A DNA stretch of 20,094 nt from Deferribacterales bacterium. GTDB taxonomy: Bacteria > Chrysiogenota > Deferribacteres > Deferribacterales > Geovibrionaceae. Shown one piece after another: positions 1 to 9,323 of this stretch. The position numbers and the translations under genes were made by a program. The notes under the pieces were generated by a model, which worked only from the letters and a program-made list of their open reading frames with translations, did not search any database and was not told the origin of the DNA. The stretch's first letter is position 1, and every line of letters starts with the position of its first letter. The stretch covers positions 1-20,094 of the forward strand of contig JBFWJG010000042.1 in assembly GCA_050253335.1 (NCBI GenBank), in the 5' to 3' direction.

Positions 1-74
1 ACTTTCTTCTTCAGAAGTTTGAGTGCGTAATCAACGTTATCGCCCTCAACCCTAACTGCTGCGTTAGTAGCCAA
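1..74 (-). CDS. rpsU: 30S ribosomal protein S21, N-terminal part (runs off the window)
   Basis: Not in the ORF track. Hand translation from TTG at 74 gives MATNAAVRVEGDNVDYALKLLKKK.., which fits the S21 N-terminal pattern (V.V....D.AL..K). AGGA SD at 85-88. An in-frame GTG at 83 is an alternative start. Confidence 0.8.
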   Translation of the reverse strand, partial: MATNAAVRVEGDNVDYALKLLKKK

Positions 75-90
75 AGTAATCACATCCTTT

Positions 91-2397
91 TTATTTGATA
101 ATTACGGTTTCAAGCACCTGATCAATACTATCGAAAAGATGGAACCGAGTTTCGTTTTTAACATCAGCGGGAATATCTGTCAAGTCCTTTTCATTTGCGG
201 ACGGAAGTATGATCTCCTTCACCCCGGCTCTGTGCGCGGCGAGCACCTTTTCCTTTATCCCGCCCACGGGCAGAACTCTGCCTCTCAGGGTGATTTCCCC
301 TGTCATGGCTGTGCGGCAGTTAACCTTGAGACCAGAAAGGGCGGACATAAGCGCTGTTGTCATGGTTATCCCTGCGGAGGGGCCGTCTTTCGGCACTGCT
401 CCTTCAGGAACGTGGAGGTGTATATCATTATCCTTAAACATATAAGCCGGAATGCCGAACTTATCAGCCCTGCTTTTCACTACAGAGAGAGCGGTTCTTG
501 CGGATTCGCTCATAACCTCGCCGAGCTTCCCTGTGAGTTCCAGCTTTCCGCTGCCGGGGAAGACAGATACCTCTATCTGGAGAATATCGCCGCCGTACGG
601 TGTCCATGCGAGTCCGGTGGCTATGCCTTTGTCCTCGTCCTCTCTGAGCTCCTCATGGCGGTATTTCTTCTTGCCGAGCATTTTTTCAACAGTCTCAGCA
701 TTTATTTTTACGGTCTTCTTCTTATTCTGAACTATGAGCCTCGCCGCCTTGCGGATGACAGAGGCTATCTCACGCTCAAGGGTGCGGACCCCAGCCTCGC
801 GGGTGTAGCTTTTTATGATCTCACTCACCGCGGAATCTGCTATCTTCACCTGACCCGCAGTTAAGCTGTGTTCCTCAAGCTGTTTGGGGATGAGGAAGTT
901 TTTTGCGATGCTGAATTTTTCTTTTTCGGTGTACCCCGCAAGGCCGATTATCTCCATCCTGTCCAGCAGGGGAGCGGGGATGCTCTCCACGCTGTTTGCG
1001 GTGGTTATGAAAAGCACCTTGGAGAGATCAAACTCAACCTCCATGTAGTGATCCATAAACGTGGAGTTCTGCTCAGGGTCAAGGGTCTCAAGCAGTGCGC
1101 TTGAGGGGTCGCCCCTGTAGTCGGAGCCGAGTTTATCTATTTCATCCAGCAGGAACACGGGGTTCATGCTGCCTGATTTTCTTATGGACTGAATTATCTT
1201 TCCGGGAAGAGCGCCGACATAGGTTCTTCTGTGGCCTCTTATCTCCGCCTCGTCTCTCATTCCGCCCAGACTCATGCGGACAAACTTTCTCCCCATGGAT
1301 TCTGCTATGGAGCGCGCGAGGGATGTTTTGCCCACGCCGGGAGGGCCCGCAAAACATATTATGGGGCCTTTCAGCTTTTTGGAGAGGGAGCGCACGGCAA
1401 GATATTCCAGAATGCGTTCCTTGGGTTTTTCAAGGCCGAAGTGATCACGGTTGAGTATCTCCTCCGCCCTTGTTATATCAAGATTGTCCTCAGTGGTTTT
1501 ACCCCACGGAATGCTCACCAGCCAGTCCAGATAGTTTCTGGAAACGGTGGTTTCGGAACTCATGGCGGGCATACTGCGGAACTTTTTCAGCTCTTTAATC
1601 GCCTTTTCCCGCACCTCGTCCGGCATAAGGGATTCCTTTATCTTCGCCTCTATCTCGTCCGCCTCGGCCTTGGGGTCTTCATCCCTGCCGAGTTCCTTGT
1701 TTATCGCCTTAATCTGCTCGCCGAGGTAGTATTCCCTCTGAGCCTTGGCCATCTGGGTTTTGACCTTCTTTTTAATCTTTTCGTCAATGCGTATGAGTTC
1801 TATTTCGGTGAAAAGGGCTTCCATCACCCTCTCGACACGTTCAGGCAGGCTGTCCAGTTCAAGGATTTCCTGATGAATTTCATTCTTTACATGCACACTG
1901 CCCGCTATCATCCATGTGATCGTTTCCAGATCTTTCATGTTCTTGATATTTTCCCGCACACCCGGGTCAACCTTGCCTGAAAGCTCGGCATACTCGTTGA
2001 AAGCTTTCATGAGACCGGCGGTCATGGCTTCTGTGCTTTCGTATTCCTCTCTTTCGATTACGGGGCGCACCTCTGCATAAAGGCACTCAGGCTCGTCAAA
2101 AAATTTCTCAACCCTTCCTCTGGTGAGCCCTTCAACAAGAATTTTTATGGAGCCGTCGGGAAGCTTCAGAACCTGAAGAACTTTTGCTATGGTGCCGATC
2201 TCATTGAGATCATCCATTCCCGGTTCATTAACTGTGAGGTCCTTCTGGAGGGTGAAGAATATTCGTCTGTCTGTGGATTCTGCTATATCGACGGCCTCGA
2301 CTGATTTTTTTCTGCCGAGGAAAACCGGGGTAATCATACCTGGGTATATAACCATATCCCTGAGCGGGATAAGGGCGTATTGCTCGCTTATGCTCAC
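91..2397 (-). CDS. lon: ATP-dependent Lon protease (endopeptidase La)
   Basis: 768 aa, GTG start. LON N-domain (LIPLRDMVIYP), Walker A GPPGVGKT, Walker B LLDEIDK, catalytic Ser in PKDGPSAG and Lys in GGIKEK. Confidence 0.98.
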   Translation of the reverse strand: MSISEQYALIPLRDMVIYPGMITPVFLGRKKSVEAVDIAESTDRRIFFTLQKDLTVNEPGMDDLNEIGTIAKVLQVLKLPDGSIKILVEGLTRGRVEKFFDEPECLYAEVRPVIEREEYESTEAMTAGLMKAFNEYAELSGKVDPGVRENIKNMKDLETITWMIAGSVHVKNEIHQEILELDSLPERVERVMEALFTEIELIRIDEKIKKKVKTQMAKAQREYYLGEQIKAINKELGRDEDPKAEADEIEAKIKESLMPDEVREKAIKELKKFRSMPAMSSETTVSRNYLDWLVSIPWGKTTEDNLDITRAEEILNRDHFGLEKPKERILEYLAVRSLSKKLKGPIICFAGPPGVGKTSLARSIAESMGRKFVRMSLGGMRDEAEIRGHRRTYVGALPGKIIQSIRKSGSMNPVFLLDEIDKLGSDYRGDPSSALLETLDPEQNSTFMDHYMEVEFDLSKVLFITTANSVESIPAPLLDRMEIIGLAGYTEKEKFSIAKNFLIPKQLEEHSLTAGQVKIADSAVSEIIKSYTREAGVRTLEREIASVIRKAARLIVQNKKKTVKINAETVEKMLGKKKYRHEELREDEDKGIATGLAWTPYGGDILQIEVSVFPGSGKLELTGKLGEVMSESARTALSVVKSRADKFGIPAYMFKDNDIHLHVPEGAVPKDGPSAGITMTTALMSALSGLKVNCRTAMTGEITLRGRVLPVGGIKEKVLAAHRAGVKEIILPSANEKDLTDIPADVKNETRFHLFDSIDQVLETVIIK

Positions 2398-2421
2398 TTA
2401 TGACACCTGTATGGAGGAATT

Positions 2422-2455
2422 AAAAAGGAAAAGGAGGCGGCTAAGCCGTCTCCTT
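2422..2455 (-). terminator. Possible weak intrinsic terminator straddling the clpX stop codon
   Basis: Minus strand AAGGAGACGGC-TTA-GCCGCCTCCTT (one mismatch) followed by TTCCTTTTT. Confidence 0.4.
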
Positions 2456-3676
2456 CTGATTTTCATAGATTATTATCGGTTTTGCTTTTCCGGTAATGAC
2501 ATCTTCGTTCACCACACACTCTTTAACATTTTTGAGGGAGGGAACCTCGTACATGATGTCCATCATGGATTCCTCAAGGATAGAGCGCAGACCCCTTGCA
2601 CCGGTCTTTCTGGTGAGAGCCTGCTTTGCCACTGCCTTGAGGGCGGAGTTGGTGAACTCAAGCTTCACATCATCAAACCCGAACATCTCCTTATACTGAC
2701 GGAGAAGGGAGTTTTTGGGCTCCACAAGGATTCGGATAAGCGCGTCCTCGTTGAGATCCTCAAGAGCCGCTGTGACAGGAAGCCTGCCGATGAACTCAGG
2801 AATAAGACCGTACTTGCCGAGGTCTTCGGGGCGCACGTTTTTAAGGAGTTCATAGCGCTTCATTTCTCTGGTTTCATCTATTTTGGAGCTGAAACCGAGG
2901 GTCTTCTCGCCCATTCTCCTTTTCACTATGTCCTCGATGCCTTCGAAGGCGCCGCCGCATATGAAAAGGATGTTGGATGTGTCCACCTGAATATATTCCT
3001 GATTCGGGTGCTTGCGTCCGCCCTGAGGGGGAACGTTTGCCACCGTACCTTCGATTATTTTAAGCAGAGCCTGCTGAACTCCCTCGCCGCTTACATCTCT
3101 GGTGATTGAAGGGCTGTCGGTTTTCTTGGAGATTTTGTCTATCTCGTCGATGAAGATGATCCCCTTCTGGGCTCTTTCAACATCATAGTCAGCGTTCTGG
3201 AGGAGTTTGAGAACAACGTTCTCCACATCCTCACCCACATAGCCCGCTTCCGTAAGGGTTGTGGCATCGGCTATTGCGAAGGGAACATTCAGTATCTTCG
3301 CGAGGGTTCTGGCGAGAAGGGTCTTGCCTGTTCCCGTGGGGCCGAGGAGGAGAATATTGCTTTTTTCAAGCTCGACTTCGGTTTTGCTGCCGTGGAGAAT
3401 GCGTTTGTAGTGGTTGTGCACCGCAACACTGAGAACTTTTTTCGCCTGCTGCTGGCCGATTACATAATCATCCAGCTTTTTGCTGAGTTCTCTTGGAGTG
3501 AGCAGGTTCAGGTCTTTGGTTCCCTGTTCCTCGAAATTGTCTTCGCTCAGTATTTCGTTGCAGAGTTCTATGCACTCATTGCAGATGTAAACTTCAGGAC
3601 CCGCAATGAGTTTTTTGACCTCTTCCTGGCTTTTGCCGCAGAAAGAGCAGTTGAGTGATTCTTTATTTTTTTTCAT
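2441..3676 (-). CDS. clpX: ATP-dependent Clp protease ATP-binding subunit ClpX
   Basis: 411 aa. C4 zinc finger [14 protein letters not shown], Walker [34 protein letters not shown] loop, LGF (IGF-type) loop. Confidence 0.98.
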   Translation of the reverse strand: MKKNKESLNCSFCGKSQEEVKKLIAGPEVYICNECIELCNEILSEDNFEEQGTKDLNLLTPRELSKKLDDYVIGQQQAKKVLSVAVHNHYKRILHGSKTEVELEKSNILLLGPTGTGKTLLARTLAKILNVPFAIADATTLTEAGYVGEDVENVVLKLLQNADYDVERAQKGIIFIDEIDKISKKTDSPSITRDVSGEGVQQALLKIIEGTVANVPPQGGRKHPNQEYIQVDTSNILFICGGAFEGIEDIVKRRMGEKTLGFSSKIDETREMKRYELLKNVRPEDLGKYGLIPEFIGRLPVTAALEDLNEDALIRILVEPKNSLLRQYKEMFGFDDVKLEFTNSALKAVAKQALTRKTGARGLRSILEESMMDIMYEVPSLKNVKECVVNEDVITGKAKPIIIYENQKETA

Positions 3677-3763
3677 AAAAGTACGCTCCCGTTAAAGGCG
3701 CTTCCGCAGGCAACTAAAAGCGGAAACAGGCACAGGGCGTCCGCACTGTGCCGCATTCTGATC

Positions 3764-3791
3764 AAGATACCTGCCTGCCTGCAAATTTCAA
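3764..3791 (-). promoter_or_regulatory. Candidate internal sigma70-type promoter for clpX
   Basis: Minus strand TTGAAA (3791-3786), 16-nt spacer, TATCTT (3769-3764) in the clpP-clpX gap. Confidence 0.35.
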
Positions 3792-3814
3792 CCTTATATT
3801 TTATAAGATTAAAA

Positions 3815-4411
3815 TCAGCCTCTTTTCACAATAACATCGTCAATGAGGCCGTATTCTTTAGCCTCAGTGCTGCTCATGAAAAAGTCGCGGTCGGAGTCCT
3901 TCTCAAGTTCCTGCATGGTTTTGCCGGAACGCTCGGAGAGAATCTCGTTGAGGAGCTTCTTCATGCGTCCCACTTCGCGGGCATGGATTTCGATATCCGT
4001 GGCCTGACCCTGAAAACCGCCCAGAGGCTGGTGAATCATGATCCGCGCGTTCGGCACGGCAAATCTTTTGCCCTTTGCTCCGCAGGCAAGAAGAACAGCG
4101 CCCATGCTGGCCGCCTGTCCCAGACATATTGTAGATACCGCGGGCTTGATATAGTTCATGGTATCCATAATCGCGAGCCCGCTGGTGATCACACCGCCGG
4201 GGCTGTTGATATAGAGGAATATGTCCTTGTCGGGGTCTTCCGCCTCAAGGAAAAGAAGCTGCGCAATGATAAGGTTCGCCACCATATCATCAATGGGTGT
4301 GCCGAGGAAGACAATCCTGTCTTTCAGGAGCCTTGAATATATGTCGTAGGAGCGTTCCCCTCTGCCTGTCTGTTCAATGACAAAGGGGACGTAAGCGTTT
4401 GTTTCCTTCAT
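3815..4411 (-). CDS. clpP: ATP-dependent Clp protease proteolytic subunit ClpP
   Basis: 198 aa. [18 protein letters not shown], catalytic Ser in QAASMGA, His in IMIHQP, DRDFFM. Confidence 0.98.
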   Translation of the reverse strand: MKETNAYVPFVIEQTGRGERSYDIYSRLLKDRIVFLGTPIDDMVANLIIAQLLFLEAEDPDKDIFLYINSPGGVITSGLAIMDTMNYIKPAVSTICLGQAASMGAVLLACGAKGKRFAVPNARIMIHQPLGGFQGQATDIEIHAREVGRMKKLLNEILSERSGKTMQELEKDSDRDFFMSSTEAKEYGLIDDVIVKRG

Positions 4412-4414
4412 AAA

Positions 4415-5782
4415 TTACTCTCCGGAGGCAGTTTCTTCCGCTTCTTCCGTTTTTTCCTGTTCAGCTTTCAGTCTTGCCTCTAATTCTTCTTTTGTAATTT
4501 CTTTGAGTGTAACATTATTTTTTCCGGCAAGGAAAGCTGTAACTTTATCTGTGTTGATTGAGTTTCTCAGTGAGTTCATGCCGTTGTGCTTCTCAACCTC
4601 TGCCCTGTAGTCGGCAGGAGTCATTTTGCTCATTCCGGCATATTTCTCTATTGTTTTTTCAACATCTTCATCGGTCACGGTCAGGGCAAACTTCTCTGTG
4701 AGGTGGTTGATAATGAGTGCGCCTTTAACCTGCTTTTCAGCGGTTTCCATGTGCTGTCCGGCAATTTTTTCTTTTGTTATGCCGAAACGGGCGGGATCCA
4801 TGCCGTAGGACATGTACTGCTGCATTGTCTGCTCAGCAAGTCTGAAGGCCTGCTCCCTCACCATTGCCTGAGGAACGCTGAAGGGGTTTTCAGCAATTAT
4901 TTTCTCTATAATATCGTTGAGGAGCTTGTCGTCCGCCTGACGCTCTGAGCTTTCCTCAAGCTCATTTTTTATTGTGGATTTGAGATCAGCGAAGCTTTCG
5001 AATTTTTCATCTACAGCCTGAGCAAAATCATCATCAAGTGCGGGAAGAACCTTCGCCTTGATCTCCTTCATGTTGATGCCGAAGGTGATAGGCTGACCTG
5101 CGAGGCTGGGCTCGTGGTATTTTTCGGGGAAGGTGACTTCGATGTCTTTCTGCTCGCCGGTTTTCATGCCCACAAGCTGAGCCTCGAACCCGGGGATGAA
5201 AGCGCCGGAGCCGATTTCAAGGGAGTAGTTCTGCGCTGTGGCGGAGGGGATAACCTCGCCGTCCTTGCGGCCTTCGAAATCGATCACCGTCATGTCGCCG
5301 TCCTGAACAGCTCTGTCGGCCACAGGCTCATAGCTTACCTGATTTTTTCTGATGTTTTCGATAACCTGATCAACATCTGCGTCGGTTACTGTGACTTTTT
5401 CCTTCAGGAAGTCAAAGCCTTCGAACTTGCTGACTTCAATCGCGGGGAAAACATCCACGTATGCCTTGTATGTTATGGGTTCGCCGTCTTCAAACTTAAC
5501 GTCTTTTATCTCGGGAGCGCCGAGAGCTTTGATGTCCTGCTGCTGGATAGCTTCAAAAACAGAGTCATTGATCAGTTTTTCAAGAGCCTGAACCCTGACA
5601 GCGTGTCCGTGCTCTTTCAGGATTTTTTCTTTGGGAGCTTTTCCCTGTCTGAAACCTGCGATTTTGGCTTTCTGAGCGACTTTTTTATATTCAGCCTCAA
5701 AGACAGTCTCGTATTTTTCCACAGAAAGTTCTACGGAAAGCTCCTTCTGGGATTTCTCGGCGTCTCTCACTTCAACTTTCAT
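4415..5782 (-). CDS. tig: Trigger factor (ribosome-associated chaperone/PPIase)
   Basis: TF signature GFRQGKAP and FKBP domain (IDFEG..FIPGFEAQLVG). Start moved from 5818 to the ATG at 5782 (MKVEV) because of the AAGGAG SD at 5789-5794. 455 aa. Confidence 0.96.
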   Translation of the reverse strand: MKVEVRDAEKSQKELSVELSVEKYETVFEAEYKKVAQKAKIAGFRQGKAPKEKILKEHGHAVRVQALEKLINDSVFEAIQQQDIKALGAPEIKDVKFEDGEPITYKAYVDVFPAIEVSKFEGFDFLKEKVTVTDADVDQVIENIRKNQVSYEPVADRAVQDGDMTVIDFEGRKDGEVIPSATAQNYSLEIGSGAFIPGFEAQLVGMKTGEQKDIEVTFPEKYHEPSLAGQPITFGINMKEIKAKVLPALDDDFAQAVDEKFESFADLKSTIKNELEESSERQADDKLLNDIIEKIIAENPFSVPQAMVREQAFRLAEQTMQQYMSYGMDPARFGITKEKIAGQHMETAEKQVKGALIINHLTEKFALTVTDEDVEKTIEKYAGMSKMTPADYRAEVEKHNGMNSLRNSINTDKVTAFLAGKNNVTLKEITKEELEARLKAEQEKTEEAEETASGE

Positions 5783-5856
5783 TGACTTCTCCTTTAGATA
5801 AACAGTGCGGGAATGCATCTTTTTATATTTGATTTTTCTGCTTTTTTATAAAATGA

Positions 5857-5890
5857 CAAAACAAAGCCCAAGGGGTTCCCCCCGGCTTTG
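5857..5890 (-). terminator. Intrinsic terminator candidate downstream of the tRNA cluster
   Basis: Minus strand CAAAGCC-GGGGGGAACCCCTTG-GGCTTTG hairpin followed by TTTTG. Confidence 0.55.
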
Positions 5891-5957
5891 CAATCGATCA
5901 AAAAACATATTATGGAGCTTACGGACTTTGCGCTGAGATTTAAGGAAGCGTGGAAAA

Positions 5958-6030
5958 AGCGGGTGACCGGGCTCGAACCGGCGACCTCAACCTTGGCAAG
6001 GTTGCGCTCTACCAACTGAGCTACACCCGC
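5958..6030 (-). tRNA. tRNA-Gly (GCC)
   Basis: GCGGGTGTAGCTCAGTTGGTAGAGCGCAACCTTGCCAAGGTTG...GGTTCGAGCCC..CACCCGCT. Cloverleaf with anticodon GCC. CCA not encoded. Confidence 0.97.
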
Positions 6031-6067
6031 TTACAAAAATCTATGACAGACCTGATTAAGACACAAG

Positions 6068-6147
6068 TGCGAGTGAAGGGACTTGAACCCCCACGCCAAA
6101 GGCACTTGATCCTAAGTCAAGCGCGTCTACCATTCCGCCACACTCGC
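6068..6147 (-). tRNA. tRNA-Leu (TAG)
   Basis: GCGAGTGTGGCGGAATGGTAGACGCGCTTGACTTAGGATCAAG..GGTTCAAGTCC..CACTCGCA. Variable arm present, anticodon TAG. CCA not encoded. Confidence 0.97.
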
Positions 6148-6160
6148 AAGGGCGAATAAG

Positions 6161-6234
6161 GGTGAGTGACGGGGATTGAACCCGCGACAACAGGAATCAC
6201 AATCCTGTACTCTACCAACTGAGCTACACCCACC
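6161..6234 (-). tRNA. tRNA-His (GTG)
   Basis: (G-1)GTGGGTGTAGCTCAGTTGGTAGAGTACAGGATTGTGATTCCTG..GGTTCAATCCC..CACTCACC. Anticodon GTG with the encoded G-1/C73 identity pair. Confidence 0.97.
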
Positions 6235-6255
6235 ATATTATCCGTTCTTACTCAA

Positions 6256-6329
<74 letters not shown>

Positions 6330-6347
6330 TCTGTTACAGGAAACAAG

Positions 6348-6376
6348 CTTTTATCAAAACGATGAGGAAAAGTCAA
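6348..6376 (-). promoter_or_regulatory. sigma70-type promoter of the tRNA cluster
   Basis: TTGACT (6376-6371), 17-nt spacer, TAAAAG (6353-6348) with an extended TG, about 18 nt upstream of tRNA-Arg. Confidence 0.6.
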
Positions 6377-6448
6377 CATTTTTTAAAGAGATCAGAAAAT
6401 TAAAAACGATATTGATCAGCCAGAGGCTGAAACCGCTTAATATTTCCC

Positions 6449-6477
6449 TTGCCTAGCCAGCGAAAAAACAATACTTT
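6449..6477 (+). promoter_or_regulatory. sigma70-type promoter of the DUF72 operon (divergent from the tRNA promoter)
   Basis: TTGCCT (6449-6454), 17-nt spacer, TACTTT (6472-6477). SD GGAGGT follows at 6491-6496. Confidence 0.55.
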
Positions 6478-6502
6478 CAAGGCAGACAGCGGAGGTTATA
6501 AG

Positions 6503-7297
6503 TTGTTTTTAGACGGTACACCTATATATATAGGGACGAGCGGTTACAAACATGACGACTGGCTCGGAACCCTTTATCCCCAATATCTCAGGAATGAACA
6601 GTTTCTCGATTACTACGCAAACAGCTTCGGGCTGAACTTTGTGGAGATCACATACCCCTTTTATGCCATCCCCACTGCGGAAACCACCGCAAGGATAGCA
6701 GAAAACGGTGGGGATAACCTTCACTACTCTGTGCGCCTTTTCAAAGACTTTCTCAAGGAAAGGCTGGACAAGGCGAAGGTGCGTGAATTCCGCGAGGGGA
6801 TTCAGCCCCTCCTTGAAACAGGCAGGGTGAAATGCTGGCTTGCCGATTTCCACCATACCTTCAAGCCGTCCAAAGAGAATCTGGAAAGGATACTCCGCCT
6901 GCGTGACAGCTTTTCCGATCTCCCTTTCTTCGCGGAGCTTCCCAGAGGCTGGCACAGAGAGAAGCAGATAGACGACCTGCGCAACAACGCAGTCGGTCTT
7001 GTGGTGGCGGACATGCCCCGCAACACCAACCTGCCCCCGTTCATACCCTGCGCCCCGAACCAGCGGGCATACTTCCGCCTTTACGGACGGAACAAAGCGT
7101 GGACACTCCCCGCAAAAAAGGTCCTGGACTACAGCTATGTCAAGCCGGAGCTTGAGGAAATCAAGGAAGGCATATCAACAATAACTTCGGTTTCAAAGGA
7201 GATCTTCGTCTCATTCTGCAATGTCGCCAAGGCACAGGGCGCATACAACGCCAAATATTTTACCAAAATGCTGGAAGAAGGAAATGAACCTCTTTGA
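6503..7297 (+). CDS. DUF72 (YecE-like) domain protein
   Basis: IYIGTSGY...W...YP, FVEI..FY and YFRLYG resemble DUF72 motifs. Start set at TTG 6503, 6 nt after GGAGGT (ORF-track start is 6449). 264 aa. Confidence 0.85.
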   Translation: MFLDGTPIYIGTSGYKHDDWLGTLYPQYLRNEQFLDYYANSFGLNFVEITYPFYAIPTAETTARIAENGGDNLHYSVRLFKDFLKERLDKAKVREFREGIQPLLETGRVKCWLADFHHTFKPSKENLERILRLRDSFSDLPFFAELPRGWHREKQIDDLRNNAVGLVVADMPRNTNLPPFIPCAPNQRAYFRLYGRNKAWTLPAKKVLDYSYVKPELEEIKEGISTITSVSKEIFVSFCNVAKAQGAYNAKYFTKMLEEGNEPL

Positions 7298-8588
7298 GAA
7301 ATACGCCTCTGTTTTCCCTGAATCCGAACGGGAATACAAGAAAGCGCTTGAGCTTTTCCCCGGCGGTGTCTGCCACGATATAAGAAGGTTTGAGCCCTTC
7401 CCTTTCGTTACGGACAGCGCCGAAGGGGCATATCTCCAGACCATAGACGGAGTCACCCTTCTTGATCTCTGGTGCGGGCACTACGGCAACATCCTCGGTC
7501 ACGCCTCTCCCGAAACAGCGGCAGCCCTGCGCGAAGCCGCGGAGAACGGCACACATACCGGAACACTCAACGAACAGCAGATAAAACTTGCCTCATTAAT
7601 AAAAAGCGCTGTGCCCGAAATGGAGCTGATGCGCTTCTGCACCTCCGGCACGGAGGCCACGATGTATGCCGTGCGCACCGCCAAGGCGTTCACAGGCAGG
7701 GAGCTTGTCCTCAAGATTGAGGGCGGCTGGCACGGAGCCAACAGCGAGCTTTCCTACGACATCAAGCCCCCCTTCAACAGACTGACCGGCTCAGGCGGAA
7801 CCATCTCGCTCCCTTTTAACAATATGGAGGCGACCGCCGATGTCCTTGAAAAAGTCGGCGGCAATGCCGCGGCAATTATAATAGAGCCTGTGATAGGCGC
7901 AGGCGGTGGCATTCCAGCCGGAAAGGAATATCTCCTTATGCTCCGCGAGTTCTGCGACCGCACCGGCACTGTGCTTATTTTCGATGAAGTGATCACCGGC
8001 TTCCGCTTCCGCTTCGGCAGCATCTGGCCGCTTTTCGGCATAAAACCGGACATGTTCACCATGGGCAAAATCATAGGCGGCGGACTGGCAATAGGCGCAT
8101 ACGGCGGCAGAAGAGATATTATGCGCACCATTACGGATAAAAAAATCGTCGTGGGCGGCGGAACCTTTTCTGCCTCCCCTGTGACGATGAACGCAGGCTT
8201 CAACACTCTCACTGCCCTGAAAAAGGCGGACTACGCAGCGCTGAACTCCGCGGGCGATGCCCTGAGGGAGCGTATAAAATCCGCTGTTTCCGGCTTCACG
8301 GAAAAAGCCTGCGTAACAGGGTTCGGCTCATTCTTCTTCCTCCACTTCCTCAACGAGGTTCCGCAGGAAGTGACATGCAGACCGTCAAGACTGCTCCCCG
8401 CCATGGATCGCGAAACCGAAAAGCTCTTCAAAATCTCCATGTTATTAAACGGGGTGTTCACCATGCATTCCGGAGGCGCCTTGAGCTTTGCACATCTCAA
8501 AACCGCCGGACTGTCCGATATAATAATAAAAGCCTACAAAAGCTCTCTGGAGGCTGTATTCAATGAAAGAGGACAGATTCTTCCGTAA
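7284..8588 (+). CDS. PLP-dependent class III aminotransferase, glutamate-1-semialdehyde aminomutase (HemL)-like
   Basis: PGGV, SGTEATM, WHG, IIIEP, LIFDEVITGFR and the PLP lysine in TMGKIIGGG. Start at ATG 7284 (AAGGA SD), overlapping DUF72 by 14 nt. 434 aa. Confidence 0.88.
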   Translation: MNLFEKYASVFPESEREYKKALELFPGGVCHDIRRFEPFPFVTDSAEGAYLQTIDGVTLLDLWCGHYGNILGHASPETAAALREAAENGTHTGTLNEQQIKLASLIKSAVPEMELMRFCTSGTEATMYAVRTAKAFTGRELVLKIEGGWHGANSELSYDIKPPFNRLTGSGGTISLPFNNMEATADVLEKVGGNAAAIIIEPVIGAGGGIPAGKEYLLMLREFCDRTGTVLIFDEVITGFRFRFGSIWPLFGIKPDMFTMGKIIGGGLAIGAYGGRRDIMRTITDKKIVVGGGTFSASPVTMNAGFNTLTALKKADYAALNSAGDALRERIKSAVSGFTEKACVTGFGSFFFLHFLNEVPQEVTCRPSRLLPAMDRETEKLFKISMLLNGVFTMHSGGALSFAHLKTAGLSDIIIKAYKSSLEAVFNERGQILP

Positions 8589-8835
8589 AAAGGCCGCCGC
8601 AATCGGCTATGACCCTTCAAAAGACAATGCTCCCCGCCTTCTGGCGAAGGGAACGGGAACCATTGCGGAAAAAATCATTGAAAAGGCCAGAGAGCATGAC
8701 ATACAGATCAAAGAGGACAAAGACCTTGTCGAGGTTCTGGCCACTCTGGATCTCCATGAGGAGATCCCCGAGAACATGTACAAGGCGGTCGCCCAGCTTC
8801 TTGCGGAAATTTACCGTATCAACTCAAAGCTTTAG
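8563..8835 (+). CDS. Stand-alone FlhB C-terminal-domain protein (EscU/YscU/HrcU-family switch-protein-like)
   Basis: 90 aa. KAAAIGY....APRLLAKG.G.IAEKII..A.EH.I...ED..L...L..LDL.EEIP...Y.AVA matches the FlhB-CC pattern. GGAGG SD at 8549-8553. Confidence 0.88.
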   Translation: MKEDRFFRKKAAAIGYDPSKDNAPRLLAKGTGTIAEKIIEKAREHDIQIKEDKDLVEVLATLDLHEEIPENMYKAVAQLLAEIYRINSKL

Positions 8836-8928
8836 CAAACACAGACCCGTAATCCTGCCCTCGCACGCCTTCTCTTTCCTTCAGTCTCTCACGGCTTTTT
8901 ATAACCAATTTATAATCCGCAGACAGTT

Positions 8929-8958
8929 TCAGGAAGCGGAAACGCCTGATTTATTTTT
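8929..8958 (+). terminator. Possible weak terminator of the DUF72 operon
   Basis: TCAGG(AAG)CG-GAAA-CGCCTGA followed by TTTATTTTT. The stem is bulged. Confidence 0.3.
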
Positions 8959-9208
8959 AATGAATTAATTTCATAATTAAAGAACATGCCTATATAACAC
9001 ACTTCCCCTATTGAAGCCTGTTTTGCATATTTAATTTTCAGAACATTATTTTTATTATAATTAACACGAAATTTGTTAATTTAAGATTAATAATAATTGA
9101 AGTTAACTTTTTTCACTTATTTTAATAGTAACTTACTGTAACTCTACATATAAAGAACATAGTTATAAATATGCGCATACTGCGTTATGCCCTTTAAATG
9201 GCTGAAAT

Positions 9209-9236
9209 TTGCTATTGCACTGAGTTTTTATATACT
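9209..9236 (+). promoter_or_regulatory. Candidate sigma70-type promoter for the satP genes
   Basis: TTGCTA (9209-9214), 16-nt spacer, TATACT (9231-9236). An overlapping alternative is TTGCAC-17-TATACA. Lies in a very AT-rich region. Confidence 0.45.
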
Positions 9237-9323
9237 ATATACACTGAAAAATAATAACTAATAGTTCATAACTTATTAAACTTGTCGGATTAAGAGCTTT
9301 AATTATAAAATGGAGGTTCACTA

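Noticed and set aside
5794..6159. Short ORFs 5794-6015 (-) and 5950-6159 (+)
   Set aside because: They overlap tRNA genes.
9199..9213. sigma54 promoter TGGC...TTGCT upstream of satP
   Set aside because: GG-to-GC spacing is 9 nt, and sigma54 requires 10.
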